DNA of 64,000 nt, from the NCBI GenBank assembly GCA_051294905.1, contig CM119375.1:310001-374000 (forward strand), written 5' to 3'. The position numbers and the translations under genes were made by a program. Position 1 is the first letter of the stretch. Every line of letters starts with the position of its first letter. Under the pieces are notes generated by a model. That model did not search any database and was not told the DNA's origin. It was given only the letters and a program-made list of their open reading frames with translations. Positions 10,807 through 23,900 of this stretch are shown here, piece by piece. Origin of the DNA: Botryllus schlosseri (Eukaryota).

Positions 10807-13351
10807 GCCTCGCAGACGACACAAACACAATAATTGCACACCGACTGGTAATAAGGCCAAATTCTAATGGTTGACTTCACAAATTCCACAGCTAGGGGTC
10901 CACGGCGTCATCAAAAAGATTTAGGGGTAAACGCTAGCATAAAAGTGAAGAAACCCTGGCCTAGACAATGTAAAAAAGAGACATGTTGCACACTGAATTC
11001 AAAGTCATGTATATAAGATAACATCAAAAAGGACAAGCTATAAAACGAGTTGGAAGGCGAGATCGATATATTAGATATATCAAATAGGCAGACTAAAACT
11101 ACCAAGCTCTGATTCAGAATGACAACCGCACTGCAAAAGCTCAGATAAAGAAGTGGTCTGTTTACCAGATTTCACTCGGCTCACAAAAACAAAGGGACAG
11201 GCGTGATGTGGGCGTGTTTGTTTTTCTCACTGCATCAAATTTGGAGAGATTCTTCACATTCTTTAAATGTAAATATGCTAGCATTGACAAAATGACATCA
11301 TCGTTTTGGCATACTATGTAGTAAACAAGATAAGCACACAGAATCTATTGTTACCGACACACAGCAATAGCCAATACCATTGGATCGTTGAAATCAAGAA
11401 TGTAATTATCATGAAACAATCCTCATCTCATCTTGAAGAGAAAAGCTTAAAATTTATGATACTTTTTTACATATCGAAAAATGTTCTCCCTGATCACCCA
11501 CCAGTCATGTTCCCCCTGATATAAATTGACGTATATCACCAACTCGGGTTACTAACGTTAGGTTTACGGGTTACCGAAAGAGCTGCCCACAATCATTGAA
11601 CACTCGGATGTGAATGAGTAGTATTTCTAATGATTTGAGTCGAGTAGTTCGAGAGAATTCTTTCGAATACTGAAATCATGAGCTACTAGCAAATTAGTGC
11701 TAATTTATCAACGAAAATTATAGTTTCAAGTATTTTCCACCAAGGAAGCCTTGAACACTCAATTGGTCATATCACAGCATACAAGACATATAGTACAAAG
11801 CTACGTTAGTGGATATGACATATCTATGAAGACGTGGTCAACCCGCATATTGTGACAAAGTGCAATGAAATAGGCATCAATGAAAAAATAACAAATCATC
11901 TGTATAGTGTCATGCAGAACTGTCATTGTATTCTGTATATTAGCAGAAAACTCATATATTTGAACTTTTCCCATCTTTTATAACGTTATGGCGTCATAAT
12001 CCCTACTTGAATACTTGACTCAGAATCGCATCACATCATGTACTTAAATTTGCCCGGCCCTATAGTTATATACACATCATAGAGAGTGCAATTTCTGAGG
12101 CAAAAAAATTATCATTTCAAATTATCAGTCAACTGTACAAACGAAAATCGGACAAATTACATGTAGACTAGTACTGGCCAGAATCAAGTTGGCCATCACT
12201 TGACCAGCAATAAAAACCGAAAGTGATATCTTTGGCAAAGGCATTAAAATCATCTCTAATCTACTCCCACCACAATACACGAGCGACCATAATCATGAAG
12301 TCATATTGTAATGTGTTGCACGCAAGTTGCTAAATCTAAATATTGAACCAGGAGTCTCTATACACGCAGTGACGTTGGCAGATTCGCATCAGATAGCCAA
12401 TAAAATGATTCAGTAATGCATAACAAAAAGGCGGCGGTGCAGCACTCACCCCTTCCAAGTGGATTGTGATTACACTTTTGTAAATAAAGTACAGAAATTA
12501 CTTTTCATCCATGGTTCTTGGTTAACCTCATCCTTCAATCGAATTCACACTTGTATAAAATACTAATGAAGACCATACAAACACCCTTGAAATCATCATA
12601 TCAAACAAAATGATACGCGTTTGCTGGAAGTTTGAAAAGAGACATGCATATATTACTAGTAACAATTGCAAGTACCTCAATATATTAGAATTAGAAGTAT
12701 ATAGCTACACAGTTTCTCTAAATTTTATTGGAAATTGAATTCCATTCCAGATTATAACGAAATACAACAATCAATGCAGTTCAGTTCATATCAAATCATA
12801 GTTCATGATCATAAGCGCGACAATTGCAAATGTCTATATGCTGAACTTGGCTTGTTTCGCACTATGCAGTTCTTCTGTAGCATTTTCAGGAAAACCAAAA
12901 ATTCGATTAGAGTAAAAAACATTTCACAACTCAAGAGATTAGCCTATAGTTATGAATATTGTACCATATTTACTTGCATTTCGCTCTGAATAGTCTAATT
13001 AGACTGGAATTATCTAGCTTCTCAAGTCTGCGTACGAGAGAAACCTCCGACTGCTTGTTAAGAGTTTGAAATAGCTGCTTCTTGCTTGACCTTCTCCGCG
13101 ATTCCAGGCGAGGGTCTCACGGACTCGGAGTAGATATTGCTCAAGGTCAAATGCACAAATCTCAAGATCGCATTTGCCAAGAGACACTTCTACAAATAAT
13201 TACCGATAAATGACAGCAGATTTCGATAGAGCAAATGTGAAACGACCAGAACATAGGGTCCGCAGTCCGCTACGATTGGCGGTGCGAAACTAATCCAAAT
13301 ACAATGAACCGAAGATTTTCAACAAAAGGTTATCAACCAGGGACGCTATCA

Positions 13352-13365
13352 AAGTCACGTGACTT
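13352..13365. promoter_or_regulatory. Palindromic AAGTCACGTGACTT (CLEAR/USF-type E-box) in a likely promoter upstream of NDRG
   Basis: Perfect 14-bp palindrome in a CpG-rich patch with CCAAT boxes on both strands (ATTGG about 13275, CCAAT about 13376); candidate minus-strand non-coding exon at about 13035-13200. Confidence 0.5.
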
Positions 13366-14070
13366 CGCCGTTTCGCCAATCCGTTACCGCTACCGCGCGG
13401 ATAAAGAGCCCTGGTGTTGTAGTTTTTCTTGCAGCGGGTCAATGACGTTCACCCAAGCCAAAATTTCCGTATTGTGACTTTGATTGGAATAAGGAGTTAT
13501 AAAGTATCAGCAGAACCGAAATCGGCAGGGCGTTTCTTCTCGAATCACTATTTATATCGACCCAAAATACGACAATGAATACTGGTCAACGCTCGAGATA
13601 GCTGGATCACGATCTGACCTCGGCTTTCGTCACATTATAGATTACTAACCTACTGTAGTAATCTTCAATCACATGCCATCTCTTTTTGTTCATGTCACCT
13701 TCTATTTCTTTTCATTCAGTTTGGAACTGTGAAATGTAGATGTACAATTGTACATGCCTCATCTTAACATCGCCTGGGCCCATGTGGGTGTCTGATTTAA
13801 AAACTACTGCAGTCGTTTCTTATATCGCAGTCTTCAGGTGTTTTTTAAATAATAAAATGATGTACAATATAGTCAACAATAACACAGTTCGAACATGGAG
13901 GACAAACAGAAATGAGACAAATCAAACAAAAATGTTTCACGGAGTCCATAATTTATTCAATGATTTCAAATATGAAGAAATGATCAATATCTACTATGGT
14001 AATAGGAAATTATTAAAAGAAAATATCTTTTCGTAGTCAACTGCTTCCATTCATTGATTCAGCCTTGTGC

Positions 14071-16507
14071 TCACTTCTTGGCCAATCGGCCGGCTTCAAT
14101 TGAATCAAAAGTTGGCATTCCGTAGGGTACGTTGAGCATGTCCTTTTCATTGCTCATAATATTCTCGGCCTCCACTGAAAATATGAATTGATAGGACCCA
14201 AGGAGAGTATAAATTTAGCAAACATACTTACCTCTGACCCTTGATAACAGAGTGCCGTAAGCGGCGTCATATTGGTAAGCTAAGATGAATGAGAAAGGTA
14301 TCAGGGGAATTGCCGCTGCACGATTACCTTTCATAGCCCTGCAACAAAGAAATTATAAGCAGAGCAGACCTGGATAACTAGATTCTCGTTGTATTAATTA
14401 GAGCGAAATATCGGAATTCTAATCTCATTTTAAGTTTTCCTGAAAACTGTATCGTGCGAAACGAGCCAAGCTCGGTGCACAGACATTTGTTATCTCGTGC
14501 TTATGAGAATCAACTCTAATTTGAAAGGAACTTGAATTGATTTTTGTTGCAAGTCTTTCTAAAACGGAATTTTCTAAATGTCCAACCCTGGAACAGAGTT
14601 GTTCAAAGTAGCCGTTGCTGCCACCCAAGTAGAAGCACAAGTAACGCTGTAAATTTCTACTCAATTGCAAGGCGTTTCAGAACTACTTCAATAGGAAGTA
14701 CAAAATGAAGGCCTGGAAAGTACTCAAGTAAATAGTTTCATAAACGTGTTTTGGCCGCGTCGGTGCACGGAGGTGGATTACTTTGAAATCGCAACATCAT
14801 GTGTAACGCAAGATTACCAAGACTGTACAAATAGTTGCAATTTTTTAGAATAAATTCAGTTACCCTGATAAAGCTGCCTTAAACGTGACAATAACCTATC
14901 CAAAAACCAGAGTTGTAATGACTCGAGTCGCGATTTTTTGGTGACTCGACTCATTTTCTAAAATATGAAAAATGACTCGACTGGAGGCACATTGTGGAAT
15001 GACTCAACTTGTACTCGAGTGATTGCGCCTGACTCGAGAATCGGAAGGCCAAGACAGGCATTAGGTTGTAACTTTGAAGAAAAGTAAGCTACGAAGTTAT
15101 TGCTTTTCGTCTACATAACTGGTTTTTTAAAAATAGGGCCAGAAACTGTGTGAAGGGAAAGAAATTAGTGTATTATGAATGCATGCATTATCACCCAGAG
15201 TTGTAAAAAGTTGAGTTGAACAGGATTGAACTCAAAAATGAAAAGTGAAAATAATGACTTGGACTCGGGTCCAACATGGTGATTCGGACTCAAACCTTTG
15301 AACTCTGACTTGGAGTCGGTCGTGAATTGAAAATGACTCGACTTGTCTCAAGTCAAATCGATAAAAGTCAAATTGACTTGCGACTCGGGACCTTGTGAAT
15401 AGGTTACAATCCTAGCCAAAACTAATTTCTACTTTACAAAACCAAAGTAGAAGTGAACGAAGTCAGAAAACATATCCACTCAAGTACTATCAGTAAGCAA
15501 AGTCTACTAAGTCTCAGTCGAAAAATACTAACCCTGCAATTCCGCCAAGAAGCACAACGCTGTAGAATCCGCCGTAGTACTTGATGATCTCTCGTGCACG
15601 AGCTATTCCCATAGACATCTGCCTTTCTCTCATTTCATTCTGGAAACATTGTACAGAGGGTCAGTAACATACTTGGCCAGCTAGAACATTTTCAGTTACA
15701 TTAGAATTAGAATGATAGCTAAACAAGTTTTTCAAAATTAGATTACAATTAGAATTATAGCTGTAAAGTTTTTTCCGAAGTGGATTAGAATTATAGCTAC
15801 AGTTTTTCCAAATAAGATCATAATTGGAATTATAGCTAGTCTTTTTACAAATTAGACTTGAATTAAAATTATACCTATAGTTTTTTCCAAATTGGATCTA
15901 AATTAGAATTATAGCTAGTCTTTTTACAAAATAAACCTTAATTAGAATTACAGCTTCAGTTTTTTTCTCCAAATTAGATCTACATTAGAAAATAGCAACA
16001 GTACTTCTACAAATTAGACTATAATTAGACTTATAGCTGCATAGTCTTTTTCCAAATTAGATTATAATTATAGGAGCAACAGTTTTTCCAAATTAGGCTA
16101 GAATTAGAATCCGTGATTTTTTCTAAATTATATTAGAATTACTGAATTCTCGAAAACTTGGACATGGAACAAATTCATGAGAACGGCAAACGTGTGCACC
16201 GGCTCGTTTCGCAATAACCAGTTCTCCTGAAGCAATTTTCACGAAAACCAGAAATTAGACCAAAATTAGAATGACAGCATAAAAGCATCTCACAAATTAG
16301 ATTAGAATTAGATTACCGACATTTAACTCTAATTAGACAACTAGGATTATCTAGTTTTTCAAGTCTGCTCTGATCTGCAAATTCAAATACCTGCATGACA
16401 ATGTTCCTCTCCATCATGGTTTTCTGATTGGCCAGCATGAATTCCTGTTGCTTCTTCATGTTTTCGTCCATAACCGACCCCATCGTGGAGGAGATTGCGG
16501 AACCCAT
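14071..16507 (-). CDS. PLGRKT: Plasminogen receptor (KT), 144 aa; exons 16391-16507, 15533-15639, 14232-14338, 14071-14174
   Basis: Spliced product MGSAISSTMGSVMDENMKKQQEFML..NEMRERQMSMGIARAREIIKYYG..PLIPFSFILAYQYDAAYGTLL..MPTFDSIEAGRLAKK*; all introns GT-AG with consistent phases; C-terminal lysine retained. Confidence 0.95.
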
Positions 16508-17326
16508 CTGCAGTGATGGCGTGGACGGGTTTAGTGCAGGATTGTAGGCTACACACTACCAGTCTAGTCAGTTGAGGTCAACGAAATACTGCTTATTTAA
16601 AAGTCGCAGTTCTAGTTCTGATCGCTCATTTTGAAAAGTGAGTAGTTTTAGTTCTAGTTGCGACTTTCGAAACGTAGGCAGTTCTAGTATTAGTTCTAAG
16701 TTTTAAAATATGGGTAGTTCTGGTTGTAGTGAAGATTTGTACATACTACCAGTCTAGTTATTTGAATGTAAACTAAATATTGCATTTTTTTAGTATTAGT
16801 CCTAGTTTTGATTGCGCATCTTGACAAGTGCGTATGCCTATTTCTAATTTTGAGATTTGAAAAATGACCAGTTGTAGACTTGTAGTTCTAGTTGAGCATT
16901 TGGAAAAGTGGGTAGTTCTAGTTTCAAATGAAGATTTGGAAAAGTGGGTAGTTCTAGTTGCAGTTGATACTTTTGAAAACTGTGGAGTTTTAGTTATTGT
17001 TGCGTATTTGGAAAAGTAAGAGTTACAGTTCCTGTTGCGAATTTTGAAAAGTGAGTAGGCCTAGTTTTTGTTCTGGTTCCAAGTTCTGAAAGCGAGTCGT
17101 TAGTTCTGGTTCCAAGTTTTTAAAGTGAGTAGTTCTAGTCTCAATTCAGAGTTTGATAAAGTGAGTAGTTCTAGTTGTAGTTGTACTTGCGAGTTTTGAA
17201 AAGTGAGTAGTTGTAATTTTAGTTGCGAGTTTTGAAAAGTGAACAATTCTGGTTGCATCCGTGTATTTTGAAACTTCAGTAGTAGAAGTCTGTTTCGTGA
17301 CATCACAAAACAAAGTGCGAACCCAC

Positions 17327-17380
17327 CTTTCAGAAGAAATTCTTTTGATTTTTGACTAAAATTGACTAGATTAAGGAAGG
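17327..17380 (-). other. PLGRKT: Putative 5' UTR exon of PLGRKT
   Basis: Donor AAAG|GTGGGT at 17326; preceded by acceptor-like TTTTGTCGCAG (17381) or AATTTTAG (17356); the ATG exon is directly preceded by CACTGCAG. Confidence 0.5.
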
Positions 17381-17993
17381 CTGCGACAAAACAAACACAT
17401 ACGGTAATCGATGGTTGTGAACGAAAATTTCACTTGCGTCAACGATTGTTACGACACACAAAAAGACGGAATATATTGGTCGGCCAGCGATTCGGGCTTT
17501 CAGGTTTTCACTCTGAATCAAGTATGTAGTTCAACTCGAGTAACACTAATTTTGACGACATAACAATATGACAAGCTCAAAATACGTACAATTTAAGCAA
17601 CCACAAAGAATAGAATGCCAGTTCCATATCACATTGAAGATTTTGTATTTTTTTGACCAAACCTATTTCATTGCACTTTGTGATGATGCTAGGGTCGATC
17701 AGGATTTTACAGAGATGTCAATTCCGCTAACGTGAATTGCTTTGTACTACAAGTTTCGTATACTGGAGGTTTAAGGCTTCCACAAAGGAAAACAGTATCA
17801 TAACTATAATTCTTGCTGCTAAATTAACTCTAGTGGCAAGCAGCATATAACTTCAGTACTCTGAAAAATCATTGCCCTCTAATCGACTCGAACCTTTAGA
17901 ATCAATACTCAATTCAGGTTCAAGTAATCGAATCATTGTGCTCAATACTACTAACGATAACGTAAATTAGGAGTACGATATTGCGGTAGTACG

Positions 17994-19544
17994 TCATATT
18001 TTCTGAGCCACATAAACTCCGATTAAACCGACCCCTACAGCGATACTACCCCCGAGTAGGCGAGCCCAATTATTGTAAAACCAGGACGTCTGTTCTTTTT
18101 TCATCACAGTTGCCTTTTCATTATTGACAGATTCCCCGAGCATTTTTCGATACATCTCCTTCTGTTTTTGTAACTGTTTATTGAGTGCGGTACGTTGGTT
18201 GTTGTATTCCTTGCAAATCAATCGATCGCCGGGTTCCAATTCGACGGCCTCTTTCAAACAAGCTAAACCTTCTTCGTTCTTGCCCAGATGACACAGAATT
18301 TTTCCTTTACGATACAACGTTTTCGAGCTGTGTGGTTGTAGCTGATCCGCGGCCTGACAAGCAGTCAAAGCTTCGTCATAACTACCCAGCATCATCAGCG
18401 TCAGAGTTAGATTGTTGTACGAATGAAAACATTTTTGCTTCAATCGAGATTCGATCTCCGGATCTTCAGACTTGTTTTGCTCAAGACCAGCACGCGAACA
18501 CTTCAAAGACTTTCTGTATTCAATCTCTGCTTTTTTGAGATTCTTGGCCTTATATAAATCATTGCCAAGCACACGTTTTTTCTCCGCATAAATAATTTGT
18601 TTCTCAACATCATAACCATCACTGTATGGACCATCGTTCACTTTTAGCAATTCCATTTCCACTTCAAGAGTTGCGTTTCCCGGGACAGAAGGAGGATTGC
18701 CCTCAGTTCCGTATGCATACTGTGGGTCCGACACCACAACACAGGTCTCCCCTTTATTCATAAGCATGGTTATGATATCAAAAAGAGGGGGGTGATCACC
18801 ATCTCTCACTACCAACTTAAAATCATCGTTAGACTCGACAACATCATCTTCGTCTTTTATTTTTGCTTGATATTTAACGATAACTTCATTCTCAATTACT
18901 GGACGTTTTCCGGATCCTTCAGAAATGATTTTTTTCATCAGTAATCCATTCCCAAGTACATCCAACCATTCGGTCCTTTTTTGCTCTGAATTCGTTTGGT
19001 CGTCAGTAGGAATGTCTTGTTCAGAAACAGATTGTGTGGTCAAGTTTGAATCTGCAAAGGTTTGATCATTTTGAGACTGTGTAACTTCAATTTTTGGTGT
19101 AGATTCTATGGCAGAATCATCGAAATCGTTCCCGTCTGAAGATTGCTCCAAATTGGTGGTAATTTCTTGCTCAGAAACAGATTTGGCAGTCAAGTTCGAG
19201 TCTGCAGAGGTTTGGTCATTTTGAGACTCTGTAATCTGATTTTCCGCCGTTGATTCCAAAGCTGAATTTACAGGACTGCCAACATCTAAATCATTACCAT
19301 CTTTTGAAGATTGATCCAAATTGGTTTGGTTATCGGTGGTAAACTCTTGGTCAGAAACGGATTTAATGGTCAAGCTTGAATCCGCAAAGGTTTGTTCGTT
19401 TTGAGACTCTATAAACTCATTATCTGCTGTTGATTCTAAAGCCGATTTTGCAGAATCGTGGACATCAAAATCATGCCCATCTTTTGAAGAGTGATCTCCC
19501 ATAAAATGCTGAGTGTTGTCAGTTGTCAAAACTACGTCATCCAT
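17994..19544 (-). CDS. FKBP8: FK506-binding protein 8 (FKBP38)-like, 516 aa, intronless
   Basis: EWLDVLGNGLLMKKII start of the FKBP domain, PQYAYG..PPSVPGNATLEVEMELL, three TPR repeats (KTLYRKGK), C-terminal tail anchor LLGGSIAVGVGLIGVYV; acidic repetitive N-terminus. Confidence 0.95.
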   Translation of the reverse strand: MDDVVLTTDNTQHFMGDHSSKDGHDFDVHDSAKSALESTADNEFIESQNEQTFADSSLTIKSVSDQEFTTDNQTNLDQSSKDGNDLDVGSPVNSALESTAENQITESQNDQTSADSNLTAKSVSEQEITTNLEQSSDGNDFDDSAIESTPKIEVTQSQNDQTFADSNLTTQSVSEQDIPTDDQTNSEQKRTEWLDVLGNGLLMKKIISEGSGKRPVIENEVIVKYQAKIKDEDDVVESNDDFKLVVRDGDHPPLFDIITMLMNKGETCVVVSDPQYAYGTEGNPPSVPGNATLEVEMELLKVNDGPYSDGYDVEKQIIYAEKKRVLGNDLYKAKNLKKAEIEYRKSLKCSRAGLEQNKSEDPEIESRLKQKCFHSYNNLTLTLMMLGSYDEALTACQAADQLQPHSSKTLYRKGKILCHLGKNEEGLACLKEAVELEPGDRLICKEYNNQRTALNKQLQKQKEMYRKMLGESVNNEKATVMKKEQTSWFYNNWARLLGGSIAVGVGLIGVYVAQKI

Positions 19545-20937
19545 GATATGAAATTTATACTAAATATACCGCTGGAAATGGAAAATAAAAATGGTTACCG
19601 TCGATTTGTAAGGCAAAGAGACTCTCTGCGGTTCAGAACTTCATCATACACTAGAATACTATATTTGTGTTGAATATTTTTGGTCAGGGTTAATCGTCAG
19701 CAACTAGTAGAGAACTGTAAAGAACATTGGATACAATTCTCTACCAGTTGCTGACGGTTACCGAGTGTCAAATACGATTGTTGATATGCAGTGTTATTCC
19801 AATTTCTCTACTAGTTGCTGACGATTACACCTGACGAGTGTCACCCGAAAATGTTCAGGTTCATTTCAATGTGAAGATATTATTCAATTTGTGAATCGCA
19901 ATCTAGGAATGCAATATTTAGACTGAAATTACGAACTCCAGCATTCACGAACCTTTCACTACCAATATGATAGTGGGTCAGCTATTTCACTTAAATTGAC
20001 CGTAATTATGGCTGGGCAAAATCGAGTACCGTACCTGACTATGATGCCAAAACAGTATAGATGGAAAGTTCAAATATGTACCTTTTATGCAACCACAAAC
20101 GATATAATGTCAGTTTTGCTTCACAAAAAGAAAAATTGGCATTTTTTCGAAATTTCATTGCGCTTTGCGACAATGACGTGTGTTGATCACAACGACACAC
20201 AAAAATGCTATCACAACTGACATGCAAAAATGTGTACGGCGCGTTTTAAATGCTGGGACATACTGTGGGTTTCAAAGTCTTCACGATTGAGAAATGAAAA
20301 GGCATCGAAACGATCGTATCTCACAACAAGACTCGAATCGAATCATTACAACCAATACTCAATTGAGATTTGAGTACCAAAATTGTGCCCGACATTCATC
20401 GTAATGAGATCGAAATCATATATAGAACTCGCGACGCAATATTTGATATACAATTATCTGGCAGAAATGGATGGCACGCTGCCATGTATACCAGCCCATT
20501 CGTTACACGTTATCAGTAAGGTTGGGAAGGATGATTCGAGATCTAAATCTAAATCAGGTTCGAATTAATTTCTTGCTCTTAAATTTAAGTTTCAACACTA
20601 CTATTCTCCACTGCGGAAGCCTTGAAACCTTGATTGGTGATATTGCCGCACCCAAAACAAGCAGCCCAAAGCTACGCAGTCCACGCACGTTACTAGAAAT
20701 GTAATTTGCAACATCATTTCAAAGCGAAATGAAATTGGTATGGTCGAAAAATACCGAATTTTCTTCAATTTGGTGTGGAACTCGCATTGTTATTTGCGGC
20801 GACATAAAAGGCTCGTGTTTGAACTTTAATCTCTCATAATGTGACTAACATTCGATTTGAATCGCTCAGGTATTCGATTTTGACCGGGAAGGGTGGGGCA
20901 GTCATCAACTGTTTCGCGGGAAAGTGGTTCACAGACA

Positions 20938-23900
20938 TTAGTCATCTTTAAAAACGGTATTTTCCAAAACCAATTTCTTTTTCGGCAAAGCCTTCACTTT
21001 TATAGCGATCGGATTGTCGGGACGCGGAACATAATTCGCAGATTCCTGATTTAAACCCGCTGATGATACTTCAGACTCGGTCTGAACATTATCGCATTCT
21101 TGGGGTTCATCGGGGGTCGTTTTTGAGTCTCCCGTTAAATTATTGCGTATCCTGCTAATCAGTTCATCGGGATTTTCTAACATCTCGTGGTTCCGTGCGG
21201 TTTCGGTCGAACCCACCGTTTCACAGGGTGAGGGTTCACGAACAATTTCACCCGTTTTAATACCCTCGTGATAAACCGACGGCGGGGCAAACTCATCAAG
21301 CCGATCGTCTCTTGGGTCCCGCCAAGATTTCGGGGCTTTTGGCAGTTGAGCCGGGGTCCATTCTTTGTCTTTGTCCCATTCGCGAATGGGCCGGTCCTGG
21401 TCATTGCGTTTTGTAACTTCCACTGTGGCATCATCCATTTTATCAATAGCTTCAGATTTATAGCCATCAATTTGGGGGAGTTCGATCGGGTTTAATAACG
21501 AGGCCGGAATTTCTTTGCCTTGTTTTTTCAGTTTTTTAATCCGGCCCAAACGTACTTTTTCGAGTCGCGACTCGAGCGCCGTTCGTTTTTTGCGTTCCGA
21601 TTCTTTTAGAGATTTCTTCTCTTTTTCCGTTTCCTGCCTCATTTTGCGAAGCATTTTCATTTGTTTCTCCCTCGTTTCTTGATTGGTGGAAAACGAATAA
21701 TACCCAACCCCCAATTCTCGGACCTCCCCGGCCCTCAAAGTCTCGTAATGTATGGGATTGTTTGCGTCTCCGAGCGCCTCCTCCTCCCACTTTTCTCTCT
21801 CCATCTCTCTTCTCATGTCGTCAGAAAGGAGAGTTTTCTCGGCTGAAAATGAATGGGTGTTCAAGAAATATTTGGAAGTAGCTACTGTCAATATTACAAT
21901 CTTCAGTCACGGTCGTAACAAAGTAACAAGGTTCCGAGTCACAAGTCAATCTCACTTTTATAGTTTTGACTCGAGTCAAGTCGAGTCATTTTCAGCATTT
22001 TCACCACCGAGTCAAGTTTGAGTCCAAGGCAAGGAGCAAGGGGTGGTCGAGTCCGAGTCCAAGTCATTGTGTTGAGTGTTCAGTATCAAGGTCAACTCAG
22101 GTTCCATCACGGAAATAGGCTATATTATATTATTAATATGTACATCTCATCCTACGGGTGCACTAAACCCCAATAGATTGATGCTACCTTCAGGGCTGCC
22201 AGATTGGCACTTAAAGGCAGTTGGACCTAAAAAATTAATTTGGCCCCTTGGCCCTTTCTTTTCAATATTTTGCTCTTTTTAGCAGTAGAGACATACCATC
22301 AAACTAGCTATTCAGATAAATGTATCTCGCTAATAGAGCAGAGAATGTTTATGTCAATGTCAGAGTGGAAACACTGTGGAAGATGAAGATTTGAAATTGT
22401 TTTTTTGTAGAATGTGGACTGTGTTGGAATTAGAAATACAGATTTGTGAACAGGTGGACGAAAAAGCATCGAACATGGCTGGAAGCCAAGTAGCAGAAAA
22501 AGTCAGAAGAATAGTACCTTATAGCAGCCTACTTAATGATTGATAGAAATTTTACAGAAAAAAAACTTCAACATAACCAGAGAGTTTTTGATGAAAAACT
22601 AAAAGATTAGGTATTTAAGTTGGATAAGTTTCAAATGTTAAGAAACTATTCTCTCAATTCAAATTCGTACAATTTAATCATTCTCGTATTATACCACAAA
22701 AAGTTTTATTTTATGATTTTACATTCTGTTGGAAAAGGCTTGAAATAATAGTAGTTATTGTAGTACCGTTATTAAACAATTTGGCTCTTTTTCTCAAAAG
22801 AAGTACCTGGCTACCTTGGTAAATATGGAAAATCCCCCCCCCCCCCCCCTTTCAATTTTTCGGCAAACCTGTCTCTATAGTACACTCACAGTTTTCGATT
22901 CCTAGTTTTTTGTCTATTGAGCGCATCTCGTCGAGTTCGTGTCTGCGGCAGACTCGAGTCCGGCCGAGTCCGTCGACGTACTCGACCATCTCGTCGTCTG
23001 CCTTCTCCATTTCAGCAGCTGTCAGTCAAACAAGATATTTTCAGATTTGAACTAGACTTAAGTACTAATTACAGATCTAGTTGGTTGGTTGGTTCGAGTA
23101 GTTCTAGTTGCTAATTTTAAAAAGTCAGTAGTTCCAGTTCTGGTTGCGAGCTCTCAAAAGTGAATAGTTCCAGTTCTAGCAGTTAGTTATATTAGGTGAG
23201 TATTTTTAGTTCTAGTTGCGCATTTTGAAAAGTGAGTCGTTCTACTTTCAACTCTAGTTGAGAGTTTTAAAAAGCGAGTAGTTCTAGTTCTAAGTGCTAG
23301 TGGCAGACTTTGAAAAGTCAGTAGTTCTAATTCTGTATATTGAAAAGCGAGTACCTGTAGTTCTAGTTCTAATTCTAGTTATAAGTTTTGAAAAGTGGGT
23401 AGTCCCAGTTCTTGTTGCAAGTTATATAAGCGAATAGTTCTAGTTTCGGGTTCAGAGTAATTCTAGTTCTAGTTATAGTCACGTATTTTGCAAATCCAAT
23501 AGTTTGCACAAGTCTGCTCGGAACTAGAATTGGCGAATCAACCAAACTTACCGAGCTCTCGAGCGATATCCACGCCCATTTGTGGTTTCATCTCCACATT
23601 TTTCCTTTTCATTCTCTCTCCGATTGCTTTCTTCTCAAAATCAACCAGAAACTCGGAACAACTCTGCTGGTCAGGCAGGATGTCGCCGGACGCCATTTTT
23701 TCGTACAGCCTCGACTTTGCCTGTCAAAATTATTTAGGTTCTCAGTCTCAAGCTTCAGCTATACTTCAAACGTCAACCATTTCACTGGAAAATTGCAAAT
23801 CCCTTTGCTAGGATTGGAACCAAGTCACCAGGTTCAGAGTCACAAGTCAATCTTACTTTTATAGTTGTGACTCGAGTCAAGACGAGTCATTTTCAATTCA

